A DNA stretch of 64,000 nt from a virus (IMGVR_UViG_3300037471_001473:1-64000); one strand, 5' to 3'; counted from the stretch's first letter, positions 1-8,626 are shown. Program-made: numbers and translations. Notes: generated from the sequence alone by a model not told the origin.

Positions 1-67
1 ACGCGGTCAGCGCGCGGCCGCTGAAGGCGTCAAGCCAGAGGGACCAGAACAGGATGATCGGGTTCAT
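1..67 (-). CDS. Partial ORF downstream of portal (runs off left edge), MNPIILFWSLWLDAF...
   Basis: ATG at 67-65 overlaps the portal TGA (ATGA coupling); open to position 1. Confidence 0.5.
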   Translation of the reverse strand, partial: MNPIILFWSLWLDAFSGRALTA

Positions 68-1671
68 TGCACACGCTCCAGGGCAGCCTTGCTGCCGGTC
101 TTCTGGTTGGCCCCGCGGGCGCCGCCCTTGGGGGCGTCGCTCTTGAGGTTCTGGTTGAGGGTCGAGCCGTCGTTGCTCGCGCCGTTGTAGCCGTCGCCGG
201 CGGGCTGCTTGGGCGCGTTGAAGAACTGCGTGCCGCTCAGCGGCGTGAAGCCGGCCGGCGGCAGCTGGCCGGTGAGCTCGATGGCCGCCTGCTCGTCGCT
301 CAGGAAGCCCCAGCTGAGGAGCTCCAGGATTCGCGACTGCTTCAGCGCGCGGAAGGACTCCATCTCGGCCTCGGGCCGCAGGTTGATGTCCTCGAACTCG
401 AAGGTCACCGCCACGTCGAAGCCCAGCAGGCGCACAGCCAGCGTGAGCGCCTTCGAGTAGAGCTCGTTCAGCTTGGTGGTGACCGAGCCCTCGACGTACT
501 TGACGAACAGCATCGCCTCGGTCGAGGCGGCGTTGCTGGTCTGCGCCTGGCCAAGCACGGTGGGCAGCACCTTGGTGCCGGCCGCCAGCTTCGCATCGGC
601 CATGCCCTGCACGGCCTCGTACTCGTTGCTGAGGTTCGTGTTGCCGTGGTCGATGACCTGGATGCCCATCGAGTCGAAGTGCACCAGGGCATCCTCGGGC
701 TCCAGGCCATTCATGAGCTCCGAGATCGTGACGATCGTCTGGTTCATGAACGCGGCCAACTTGGGTGCGTCGTTGAGCACCTCGGGCGGGATCGACTTCT
801 TGAACAGTTCCTCGTTGATCGTGACGTCCACGCGCGGGTGCAGCGCCTTGCGCACCACGCGGCGCAGATCCTCCATGAACGAGGCGCTGAACAGCACGGC
901 CTGAATCGCCGACTCGATCGGGCTGATCGGATAAGGCTCCTGCAGGTCCTGGTCCAGCGTGACCATGAAGAAGGTCGGGATGTCGAGCTTGATCTCCTCG
1001 CCACCCAGCTTCTGCACGGGGATCAGCCTCTTGCCGTCGCTCGACGGGTAGAAGGTGATCTGCGGCGTGCTGAGCGGCTGCAGCTTGTACGGCAAGCGCG
1101 CCTTGTCCAGCACGAGCTCCAGCGCCGCGGCGCCGAACTGGATGAGCTCGCCGGCCAGCACCTCGGACAGCGAGCGCATGGACGGCGAATCGTCGAAGCC
1201 CAGCGTGTAGTCGTTGAGCACGTTCAGGTTCGTCAGCACCTGCTGCAACGCGCTGGTGGCCTCGGGGTTGAACGTGCCGTCCGGGTTCTTGGCGTAGGCG
1301 ACGTACCGCTTGGGGATGCCCACGCGGATGTAGGCCTGCACCGCCGCGCTCATCTCTGGCGAGGCGCGCCGGAAGTCGCGCACGATCTGGCGCGTGTCGC
1401 TGCTGGCCGAGCGGTAGTCCAGGATGGACGTGTTGGCCAGCGCGCGGTCGGCGCGCTGCAGCGCCGCCTTGGTGTTGGGCTTGCTGGTCTTGAGGTAGCT
1501 CGGGTAGGCCTGCTGCTTGTTCGGCACCTTGGGGTCGGCCTGCGTGGGGTACACGCCGCCACCTCCCCCGCTGGGCGCCGCCTTGGGCGCCGGCGCCGTG
1601 GCCATGCTGTAGACGTGGTCAGCCAGGGGCGCGCGCTTGGGCGCCACGATGGCGAGAAGACGTTGAAGCAT
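64..1671 (-). CDS. Probable portal protein (535 aa)
   Basis: Immediately downstream of the large terminase; size and low-complexity C-terminal tail fit a portal; assigned mainly by position. Confidence 0.7.
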   Translation of the reverse strand: MLQRLLAIVAPKRAPLADHVYSMATAPAPKAAPSGGGGGVYPTQADPKVPNKQQAYPSYLKTSKPNTKAALQRADRALANTSILDYRSASSDTRQIVRDFRRASPEMSAAVQAYIRVGIPKRYVAYAKNPDGTFNPEATSALQQVLTNLNVLNDYTLGFDDSPSMRSLSEVLAGELIQFGAAALELVLDKARLPYKLQPLSTPQITFYPSSDGKRLIPVQKLGGEEIKLDIPTFFMVTLDQDLQEPYPISPIESAIQAVLFSASFMEDLRRVVRKALHPRVDVTINEELFKKSIPPEVLNDAPKLAAFMNQTIVTISELMNGLEPEDALVHFDSMGIQVIDHGNTNLSNEYEAVQGMADAKLAAGTKVLPTVLGQAQTSNAASTEAMLFVKYVEGSVTTKLNELYSKALTLAVRLLGFDVAVTFEFEDINLRPEAEMESFRALKQSRILELLSWGFLSDEQAAIELTGQLPPAGFTPLSGTQFFNAPKQPAGDGYNGASNDGSTLNQNLKSDAPKGGARGANQKTGSKAALERVQ

Positions 1672-1735
1672 GGTTTTGATTCCTGGTCAAGCCGTATCGC
1701 CCGATTGTGCTCTACGTTCCCTTATTCGAGCAATG

Positions 1736-3415
1736 TCACTTCTTCTGCTTGATCTGGAACTTGAACATCTGAGCCGTCGGCAACTGCACGATGGTCCGGT
1801 GCACGCCCTTGATCTGGCCCGCCACCCAACAGTAGAGGAAGGCGTGGTGATAGTGGTCCATGCCGTCCGTCTTCTGCCAGACGTAGCTCATGTCGTGCGA
1901 CTCGGTGTCAAGCATCTTGACGCGCTTCATCGAGCAGTGGTGACTGATGATCTCCTCGTACTCGGCGTTGGTCACCACCCGCAGGTTGTTGTTGCGGATG
2001 AACTCCATGTAGGCGTCCAGCGCCTTGTTCCGGTTGACGTTGACCTGGCGCACGAAGCGCTGGCCCTTGTCGGGATCGTCCTCGCGGTCGACCACCCGGT
2101 GGGTGTAGACGTCCTTGGAGCGGATGTAGACCGAGGCGAACAGGTTCACGTCCTCCTGCTGCATGCTCGACACCGTCTCACCGTGAGGCGCTGAGTCGAT
2201 CACGCTCGTGATGACCCGGTACTGCAGTCGCAGGTCCTTGATGCGGGCCTTGGCCTGACGCATGGGCACCTTCTCGGTGTGCACGACCCACATGCCGCCG
2301 TAAGGGTCGATCGAGGCCACCACGACGTAATACTGGGCACCCACGTCGATGCCCATCACGTACTGGCCGCCCACCGGCATCAGGTCGCCGAACACGCGCG
2401 CGAAGTCCTCGCGCTGCAGCGTCGCCTCGCTGTCCTCGCTGGGCAGCCCCAGGTTGAAGTTGACGAAGTCCTGGTAGCGGTCGTAGGCCGTGCTGGCCTT
2501 GACCAGATCGGCGCAGCTGATGATGTTCGGGGCGTCGAAGGGGCTGACCTGGTAGCCGGCCGCCACGTGCCCCTCGTTGGGGTTCTCGCAGACCCACTCG
2601 CGCTGGCTCCACTGCAGCGACGGCCGCTTGCCGCACTTCGGGCACTCCAGGAAAGCCTCACCCCAGCGCAGCTTGGGCAGCAAGCTCTTGTTGATCGACT
2701 TCAGGTCCCCGGCGTAGTCGGGGATTCGGACGTGGTCGTAGTAGCTCGGGATGAACTGGTGGTTGCAGTGGTCACACTTGCACATCAGGAAGTGCCGGCG
2801 CGACTCGGTGAAGGCGAGGTCGATGCCGAACTTCGGGATGGTTGGGGTGGAAAATTTGTCTACACGTTTCCACTGGGAGTGTGTCAAACGGGAGGTGTAC
2901 TGACCGATCACCTCCTGGTCGCAGAAGTCGAGCTCGTCGTGGATCAAGTGGTCGCACGGAATCGAGATCGGGGCGTTACTGGAGGCTGCGCCGCGGATAT
3001 ACAGGAACGAGTCGCGAAACTGCTTCAACCCCGAGTTGTCGTTGGTCGAGTGAATCGCCTCCTTCATCGCATCCGACCCGTTGATGATCGGGTCGATACG
3101 GGTTTTGGCGAAGGTGCCAGCGAAAATGGCCGTGGGCAGCGTGTACGCCACGGTGTAGGGCTGCAGCACGTTGACCAGCGCCAGCGCCTTGCGGCTCGAA
3201 ACCTCCGAGATACCCACCTGGGAGCACTTGCGGACCACCGTTTCCCGGCTCAGGTCGCTCAAAATGCGCTCCTGATACTCGTGGTCCCGGTAGGTAAATG
3301 GGACAAGTCCGATGGTCGTGTTCTCAGTGACCCACTGCGCGACCTGCGAGGCGGTATACCGCTTGAGTACCGCAGTTTTGATCCTTCGGAGGTGATCCGC
3401 GTAAATCTTGTTCAT
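1736..3415 (-). CDS. terL: Terminase large subunit, GpA-like
   Basis: N-terminal ATPase motifs (RKCSQVGISE, LIHDELD, STPT), CxCxxC...CPKC Zn ribbon, RNase H-like nuclease (MGIDVG, DSAP, DHYHHA). ATG at 3415 preferred over the TTG at 3436. Confidence 0.9.
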   Translation of the reverse strand: MNKIYADHLRRIKTAVLKRYTASQVAQWVTENTTIGLVPFTYRDHEYQERILSDLSRETVVRKCSQVGISEVSSRKALALVNVLQPYTVAYTLPTAIFAGTFAKTRIDPIINGSDAMKEAIHSTNDNSGLKQFRDSFLYIRGAASSNAPISIPCDHLIHDELDFCDQEVIGQYTSRLTHSQWKRVDKFSTPTIPKFGIDLAFTESRRHFLMCKCDHCNHQFIPSYYDHVRIPDYAGDLKSINKSLLPKLRWGEAFLECPKCGKRPSLQWSQREWVCENPNEGHVAAGYQVSPFDAPNIISCADLVKASTAYDRYQDFVNFNLGLPSEDSEATLQREDFARVFGDLMPVGGQYVMGIDVGAQYYVVVASIDPYGGMWVVHTEKVPMRQAKARIKDLRLQYRVITSVIDSAPHGETVSSMQQEDVNLFASVYIRSKDVYTHRVVDREDDPDKGQRFVRQVNVNRNKALDAYMEFIRNNNLRVVTNAEYEEIISHHCSMKRVKMLDTESHDMSYVWQKTDGMDHYHHAFLYCWVAGQIKGVHRTIVQLPTAQMFKFQIKQKK

Positions 3416-3435
3416 TTTTGGCCCATTTGAGGGCA

Positions 3436-3481
3436 AAAATCACCCGATTTGACCCAAAACTGGGTGAAAACGGGTGATTTT
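3436..3481. repeat. Nested inverted repeat between TerS candidate and TerL
   Basis: AAAATCACCCG (3436-3446) / CGGGTGATTTT (3471-3481) around inner ACCCA-aaac-TGGGT. Confidence 0.85.
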
Positions 3482-3508
3482 CGGGTCATTTCTCAATTTT
3501 CCGATGTG

Positions 3509-3946
3509 TCACTGATCGAGTTCATCGAGGATTTTCTGGTATTCACCCAGAAAATACTGCACCTGGTCCTCAGGCCAGGACGCCAGCATGCGCACCAGGG
3601 CGTTCTCGACGCGCTTGTAGCGCTCGATCGTGTAGAGGTCCTTCTGCATGTCGTACAGCCGCGAGAGCGCGGCGGTGACCATCGAGGCCACCTGCGCGCG
3701 CTGGTTGGCCGGCACCGCCTCCTCGGCCTGCACTTCGTTCTGGATGGCCCGCACCGCGATCAGCTGCAGCAGCATCTCACGCTCAAGGTTCGTGTCCTTG
3801 AGCGTGAGGGGCGGCAGCCGCTTGGTGATCTCGTGGTGGTAGCGCACCAGCGTCTCATCTGAGAGGCCGTCGAAGACCAGTTCGGTCTTCGACTTCTTCC
3901 TCTCAGCGGGAGCCGCGACCGATTGGCGGTTTTCGTCGTCGAACAT
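3509..3946 (-). CDS. Probable terminase small subunit (145 aa, helical)
   Basis: Directly upstream of TerL, predicted all-helical; positional inference only. Confidence 0.5.
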   Translation of the reverse strand: MFDDENRQSVAAPAERKKSKTELVFDGLSDETLVRYHHEITKRLPPLTLKDTNLEREMLLQLIAVRAIQNEVQAEEAVPANQRAQVASMVTAALSRLYDMQKDLYTIERYKRVENALVRMLASWPEDQVQYFLGEYQKILDELDQ

Positions 3947-4563
3947 TAGGTCGGCCTTTTAGAGAGCGACAGGATACGCTCAATGGCCTCCTCGTGCACC
4001 GACTTCGAGCCGCGCCGAATCTGGTCAAGCGCGGCTTGCTTGGCCACTTCCAGGTTCTCCATGCGCTCGATTTCGCGCGCCAGGCGTTCGCGGCGGTGCG
4101 GACGCAGGCCCTTGAGATCCTTCCAGACCATGTTGAAGTGCTTGCCCAGCAGGTCGCTCACCCAGCGGCGAATCTGGCGCGTGCTGCAGTCTCCCGCAAC
4201 GGCCGCGGTCTCGATGTCGTCGGCGCCGGCGATGAAGTCGATGGCCGCCTTCTTGCGGATCTCGAACTTCACCTTGGCCGCTTCGCGCTGGATCAGGTAC
4301 TCCTTGAGCGGCCGGGCGACGTGCCAGGACTTCATCAGCGCGTTGACGTTGCGCACGCTGGTCTGCAGCACGTCAGCCGCCTCGTCCCGCGTGATCGTGT
4401 CGTCCCTGATACGGTCCAGCACGCCGAACAGCAGCGGCAGTCGGGCGCCCCACCGCGCGCGCCGCTGCCTCCACTCGCTATCGGTCAAGCCGAGCGCGAG
4501 CGCCGCCTCCTCGTCGGTGATTTCCTTGCTGTCAAGCAGCGTGTAGATCGTCAGGAGTTTCAT
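3946..4563 (-). CDS. Protein with three HTH-like motifs (205 aa)
   Basis: ITDEEAALALGLT, ITRDEAADVLQTSVRNV, IETAAVAGDCSTRQIRRW; TAATG overlap with next gene. Confidence 0.7.
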   Translation of the reverse strand: MKLLTIYTLLDSKEITDEEAALALGLTDSEWRQRRARWGARLPLLFGVLDRIRDDTITRDEAADVLQTSVRNVNALMKSWHVARPLKEYLIQREAAKVKFEIRKKAAIDFIAGADDIETAAVAGDCSTRQIRRWVSDLLGKHFNMVWKDLKGLRPHRRERLAREIERMENLEVAKQAALDQIRRGSKSVHEEAIERILSLSKRPT

Positions 4564-4598
4564 AAAGCGTCTTTCCTTGGTTGAGGTTTTGTCAGGTA

Positions 4599-4955
4599 CT
4601 ACAGACCATAGATATAGGCTTCAATTGCCAACTTGACAATCATTTCTTTATCCAGGCCCGTTCTCTTGGCGTAATCACTGATGCTCTCCCAGAGCCGGTC
4701 ATCAATGGAATACGACATGTAAACGCTCCCTTCGGACAGATCTTGCTCAAGTTCGGTATCTGTCCTTCCGGCACGCTTGCTCAGGGCGAGCAAGACACAT
4801 GCCTGGTTTTTGCGGAAGCGCAACAAAGCGAGCGTGATGTTGCGGTTTCGGGAGCCCGGGAACCTGGCCAGGCCCCGAACGAGGTCATTGCGCAGGTAGA
4901 TCGGCCGCTTCTTCTTCGTGCCGGCTTCCCGGCCCATCATGATCTCGGTGGCCAT
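4599..4955 (-). CDS. Tandem ribbon-helix-helix-like regulator (118 aa)
   Basis: RPIYLRNDLVRGL... and YMSYSIDDRLWESISDYAKRTGLDKEMIVKLAIEAY; lower GC than neighbours. Confidence 0.6.
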   Translation of the reverse strand: MATEIMMGREAGTKKKRPIYLRNDLVRGLARFPGSRNRNITLALLRFRKNQACVLLALSKRAGRTDTELEQDLSEGSVYMSYSIDDRLWESISDYAKRTGLDKEMIVKLAIEAYIYGL

Positions 4956-4958
4956 TGT

Positions 4959-6077
4959 CTACGCTTTCAGATTGTTGATCTCGCGGCGCAGCCTTTCAGT
5001 CAGCCTTTCGATCTTCTTGCGCACTTCCTCGGCCACACCGCCGGGAACGATCCCCAGGCGAACATCTTCGAGCTCGCGCACCAGCGCCTCCAGGCCGTCG
5101 GTGCGCGGCGGCGCCTCCACCGGCTTCAGCGCGTACTCGAACATCTCCTTGGCCTGCTCCGCGGACAGCAGGTTGGTGCCGGTGGGCCAGCTGTTCGGAT
5201 GGTCGACCGGCGTGAACGAGATGCCGCAGTCCGGCTGGAAGTTGTGCGGCAGGCGCCAACCGAGGAAGCGGTTGACCGCGGCCTTCAGTGTTTCACGTGA
5301 AACAGCCAGCGGCGCGGCGGACGGCCCGGTCTGGCCCGCCGCGTCAAGCAGTTGCATGCGCGCGTGCCGCAGGTTCGCTCGGTGGGCATCGCTCGGCATC
5401 ATCATGTTCAGCCGCTGCGCGTGCACGAGATCCTTGGCCCGCATCACCAGCAGGTCGTCGTCGATGCCGTCGAAGCGGATGTAGGGATCCGACGGCGCCG
5501 CAGGCGGCACGACCTTCACCTTCTCGGGCGTCAGGTCGGCCAGGCCCTTGGCGATCGCCTGGGCGTCCTCGTCGCTCATGCTGGGGTTCAAGCGCAGCAG
5601 GTCGCTCGCCTTGGTCTGCGCGGCCTCCTCCACCATGCGGCGGAAGGCGTCGCTGGGCGGCTGCAGCTGCACCGATGGCACCGCGTACAGCGGCTCCGCC
5701 AGCGACTTCTTCATCATCTCTCGGAACTCCTCACGGTTCACCGGCGTGCGCGCGTACTCGTGCCAGGAGGCTGCGTCGACCGCCTTGTAGACCTTGCCGG
5801 TCCCAGTCCCTGCGTCGGGGCCCTGGTCAGCGTCGCGCCCCTGGCCGGCGTCGCTCCCCTGGTCGCTCCCGCTCCCGCTCACGGTGTCCCGCTCTTGGTC
5901 GCTCCCGCTCACGGCGTCGCCGTCGGGGCTCGGGCACCGGACCTGCTCGGAGGCGATAGCCCAGCGCGCCGCGGCGATGACCAGGGCCGCGCAGCCGGCG
6001 GGGACGACGTGGTTCAGGTTCTGGCAGGTGCCAGTGGTTTTGCCGCCCCAGGCGGCGCAGTCGATGTGCTCGTTCAA
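4959..6077 (-). CDS. Hypothetical phage protein (372 aa) with a low-complexity S/G/D/Q segment
   Basis: TTG start preceded by ACCGAGGAACCACC, a variant of the phage RBS motif; C-terminal VNRFLGWRLP...PTGTNLL segment looks like a conserved phage domain. Confidence 0.65.
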   Translation of the reverse strand: MNEHIDCAAWGGKTTGTCQNLNHVVPAGCAALVIAAARWAIASEQVRCPSPDGDAVSGSDQERDTVSGSGSDQGSDAGQGRDADQGPDAGTGTGKVYKAVDAASWHEYARTPVNREEFREMMKKSLAEPLYAVPSVQLQPPSDAFRRMVEEAAQTKASDLLRLNPSMSDEDAQAIAKGLADLTPEKVKVVPPAAPSDPYIRFDGIDDDLLVMRAKDLVHAQRLNMMMPSDAHRANLRHARMQLLDAAGQTGPSAAPLAVSRETLKAAVNRFLGWRLPHNFQPDCGISFTPVDHPNSWPTGTNLLSAEQAKEMFEYALKPVEAPPRTDGLEALVRELEDVRLGIVPGGVAEEVRKKIERLTERLRREINNLKA

Positions 6078-6250
6078 GGTGGTTCCTCGGTTGCTGAAAA
6101 GGGTAGGCGAATCCTACCAAAAAGTTTCGCGGGAGTAGGAAATATTTTTGGCGAGAGTGGTTGGCCCGACGGCGTCGCCGTGCTCGCCAAAGGTACCCCG
6201 TCTGGCAGCTGCGCCCTGGCAGCGCGCCCCCCGACAGCGACAGCGACACA

Positions 6251-6312
6251 CGCCCCGACAGCGACAGCCCTGCCCCGCTGTCACCCCCTGCGGCGCTGTC
6301 GCTGTCGGGGCG
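6251..6312. repeat. Perfect 18-bp inverted repeat inside a GACAGCG-rich cluster
   Basis: CGCCCCGACAGCGACAGC (6251-6268) / GCTGTCGCTGTCGGGGCG (6295-6312). Confidence 0.9.
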
Positions 6313-6401
6313 CTGCCCGGTGGCGGTGGCGCTGGCGCAGGGCGTGCCCCTGCTGGTGCCCCTGCCAGTGAGGGCGGCGCTGTCGGAGAGGGTGTCGGGG
6401 T

Positions 6402-6444
6402 TAGGGTTTACCCTATTGTTTTAGGGGTAGGCGCTCCCTATGAT
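6402..6444 (+). promoter_or_regulatory. Candidate sigma70 promoter with upstream palindrome
   Basis: TTGTTT(6416)-17 nt-TATGAT(6439); palindrome TAGGGT-tt-ACCCTA at 6402-6415. Confidence 0.55.
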
Positions 6445-6536
6445 GGCTGTCAGGCGCTGTCGTTATGGCAGCGCCGGCCGGCCGCGGGCACCAGCGGAAG
6501 GGCGCCGAGGGTGGCGCCACCATCGAAGGAAACGCA

Positions 6537-7256
6537 ATGTCTCACGTCCACACTTTCGCCCCGGCCTTCGCCCTGCGCAACGCCCTGCAAGGTCTCGCTG
6601 GCAACAAGGGGCAAGCGGCCGCCGCTGTCGCCGCCCTCGTCACGGGTGCCACGATGCAGGCGCTGCAACATGGCAACCTGAACCCCCTGCAGGCCGCTGC
6701 CGAGGGTGTCTCCGCCCTGAAGGGCACCAGCAAGAAGCAAACGGCAGTGCGCGAAGGCTTCGCCGCCGCGCTGCAGGCGGCCGGCTTCACGGTGCAGGGC
6801 GGCAAGGTGACTGACACCCGCGCCACCAAGCGTATGCCCGCTGCCGAGGCGGCGCCGGTGGCCGACGCTGCCGGTGAAGCCTTCATGCTCGCATGGGGCG
6901 CCATCGACGCGACCCCCGTGCAGGCGAAGGGCAAGGCGCAGGCGAAGGCCGGCGCCACGGGCGAAGGCGCCACCATCGAGGGCGAAGGCGCCACCGCCGC
7001 CGACCCGGCCGCCGCGCTGGCCGTGCTTCTGTCGGCCGACGATCGTGCCATCGGCGACGCCCTGCATGCGACCGACCCCGTGCAGCGCACGCGCCTGCAA
7101 AGCATCCTGCAGGCGATCGCCGCCGCCGCCGCTGTCGCCCCTGCGGCGAAGGCGCCGCGTCGCGTGAAGACCCCGACGGCGGCGCAGGGAGCGGCGCAGG
7201 GCGAGGCGCTGCCGCTGCCGCTGCCGGCGGCGCAGGGCGAAGCGCAGGGCGCCTAA
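6537..7256 (+). CDS. Ala-rich hypothetical protein (239 aa)
   Basis: GAAGGA RBS, candidate promoter upstream, hairpin directly after the TAA stop. Confidence 0.7.
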   Translation: MSHVHTFAPAFALRNALQGLAGNKGQAAAAVAALVTGATMQALQHGNLNPLQAAAEGVSALKGTSKKQTAVREGFAAALQAAGFTVQGGKVTDTRATKRMPAAEAAPVADAAGEAFMLAWGAIDATPVQAKGKAQAKAGATGEGATIEGEGATAADPAAALAVLLSADDRAIGDALHATDPVQRTRLQSILQAIAAAAAVAPAAKAPRRVKTPTAAQGAAQGEALPLPLPAAQGEAQGA

Positions 7257-7263
7257 GCTCCCC

Positions 7264-7322
7264 CAGCGCGCCCCGACAGGGGCGCGCTGTCGCAAGCGGC
7301 GCCCCGCGCCCCTTGCGACAGC
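7264..7322 (+). terminator. Two overlapping GC-rich hairpins after the Ala-rich gene
   Basis: CAGCGCGCCCC-gaca-GGGGCGCGCTG (7264-7289) and GCTGTCGCAAG...CTTGCGACAGC (7286-7322); no U-tract. Confidence 0.45.
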
Positions 7323-8297
7323 GCGACAAGCGCAACCCGTAGCGCCTGCCACCGGCAGGCGACAGCGGCGGCAACGGCCACGCCCGGCAGGTGTTCCCTG
7401 CCACGGCGGCGGCCGGCGCCCAAAACCCCGCTCTTGGCGGCGCGCCAGCGCCGACCGACAACCCAGCGCCCCAGCCCCCTCCCGACGATTAGCGCGACGC
7501 GCCCCGGCGGCGACGGCAACACCCTATGTGCCCTTGGCATAACGTGGCCTGTTCCGTCCCTGTTTTTCCGCCCCGGCGCCCCCTGCCCTGCCCCCATGGT
7601 TGTCCCATGGCCCGGCTTGGCTCGGACGCGAACGCTAACGGCCCACCGGGTGACACGCTGGCCGCTGTAATCCCTCGCAAGCTGACCCCGCCGTGATGGC
7701 CGTGTGCGTCGCTTGCACCGATCCACCTTGTACGACCCTCTGAAACGACCAGCCACCATTCGTGGCGGGACGGATTGCCTTACCCATCGACTTAAGCCCT
7801 GGGCGCTGCTGCCATGCACGCTCCCACCGCGACCCCGACGGCGACGCCATGCGCTGCCGCACGGACCACGCCACCAGCACCTGTGCGCTCACGAGAAGGC
7901 GCGCAGCTGGCGCCAGCGGCCCGATGGAATCCCCGGCATGAGTACCCCGCCATTCGCTTGGCCTGGGGCACGCGGCGCATCACCGCGGGCCAGCTGCCCT
8001 GTAACCCCGCCTAGACGGGCCACAGCGCGGCCAGAAAGACGTACTCGGGGGCCACCATGCCTTGGGATCGGATGGACGCAACGCTCGGGCTCATTCGGCA
8101 ACCTGTGCCCAGCTGCGCGTCCACGCCAGAACGGTCAGGGGCTGGCGCTAAGCATCGACCCCTCCCACACGCATGGATGCGCTCAGGCCCGCACCCGATC
8201 CGCCGCGAGGCGCTCGGCGCTCAGGCCGGGCTAATACGCCGGTCAAGCCGCACCTGGTCGCATCGCATGCTCACGGCGCCCATCCGTCACGGGGCAA

Positions 8298-8367
8298 GGC
8301 GGCCCTGGTCCTACCAGGGGCCGCCACTCAAGCGCAGTTCAAGTCCAGGTCTGTTCTTGAGTGGCGG
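8298..8367. repeat. Overlapping inverted repeats
   Basis: Near-perfect hairpin 8298-8325 and perfect 12-bp IR CCGCCACTCAAG (8321-8332) / CTTGAGTGGCGG (8356-8367). Confidence 0.8.
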
Positions 8368-8410
8368 TTACATCCTGCAAAATCTCAGTCACTTTTGACC
8401 CTCCCTAACT

Positions 8411-8626
8411 TTCAGTCCAGTGAATCAATGCTCTCATCTATAGAACCATATCCTTATAACTAGCTAATCAAAAATACCCCCCCCCTCGTGCGAGAAAAAG
8501 CATAAGAGAAATCTCGAAATCGACTCGCGCTCCGACAGCGCTCTAAAGGGGGAGGGGGGGTCAAATCGCCCAACGTCAAAAAAGGGGGGGGTAACATCAC
8601 CTAAGTCGTTGATTCACTGGACTGAA
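8411..8626. repeat. Perfect 18-bp inverted repeat flanking a 180-bp AT-rich/homopolymer core
   Basis: TTCAGTCCAGTGAATCAA (8411-8428) / TTGATTCACTGGACTGAA (8609-8626); inner TACCCCCCCC (8475) / GGGGGGGGTA (8584). Confidence 0.95.

Noticed and set aside
1736-3415. Inactive terminase because Walker A reads QVGISE rather than QVGKTE
   Set aside because: To my recollection, KxxQxGxSE variants are common in this GpA-like subgroup, and the other motifs are intact
6397-6431. Telomere-like TTAGGG / G-quadruplex
   Set aside because: Only one or two scattered copies, better explained as a palindrome plus promoter
7330-8400. tRNA or tmRNA genes in the non-coding zone
   Set aside because: No cloverleaf with T-loop GTTCRA and acceptor stem was recognised by eye
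8411-8626. Protelomerase (telRL-type) hairpin-end site
   Set aside because: Those sites are continuous palindromes; here the arms are 180 bp apart and no protelomerase is visible
8411-8626. IS or MITE with terminal inverted repeats
   Set aside because: No target-site duplication seen, no transposase and no second copy in the window; not fully excluded
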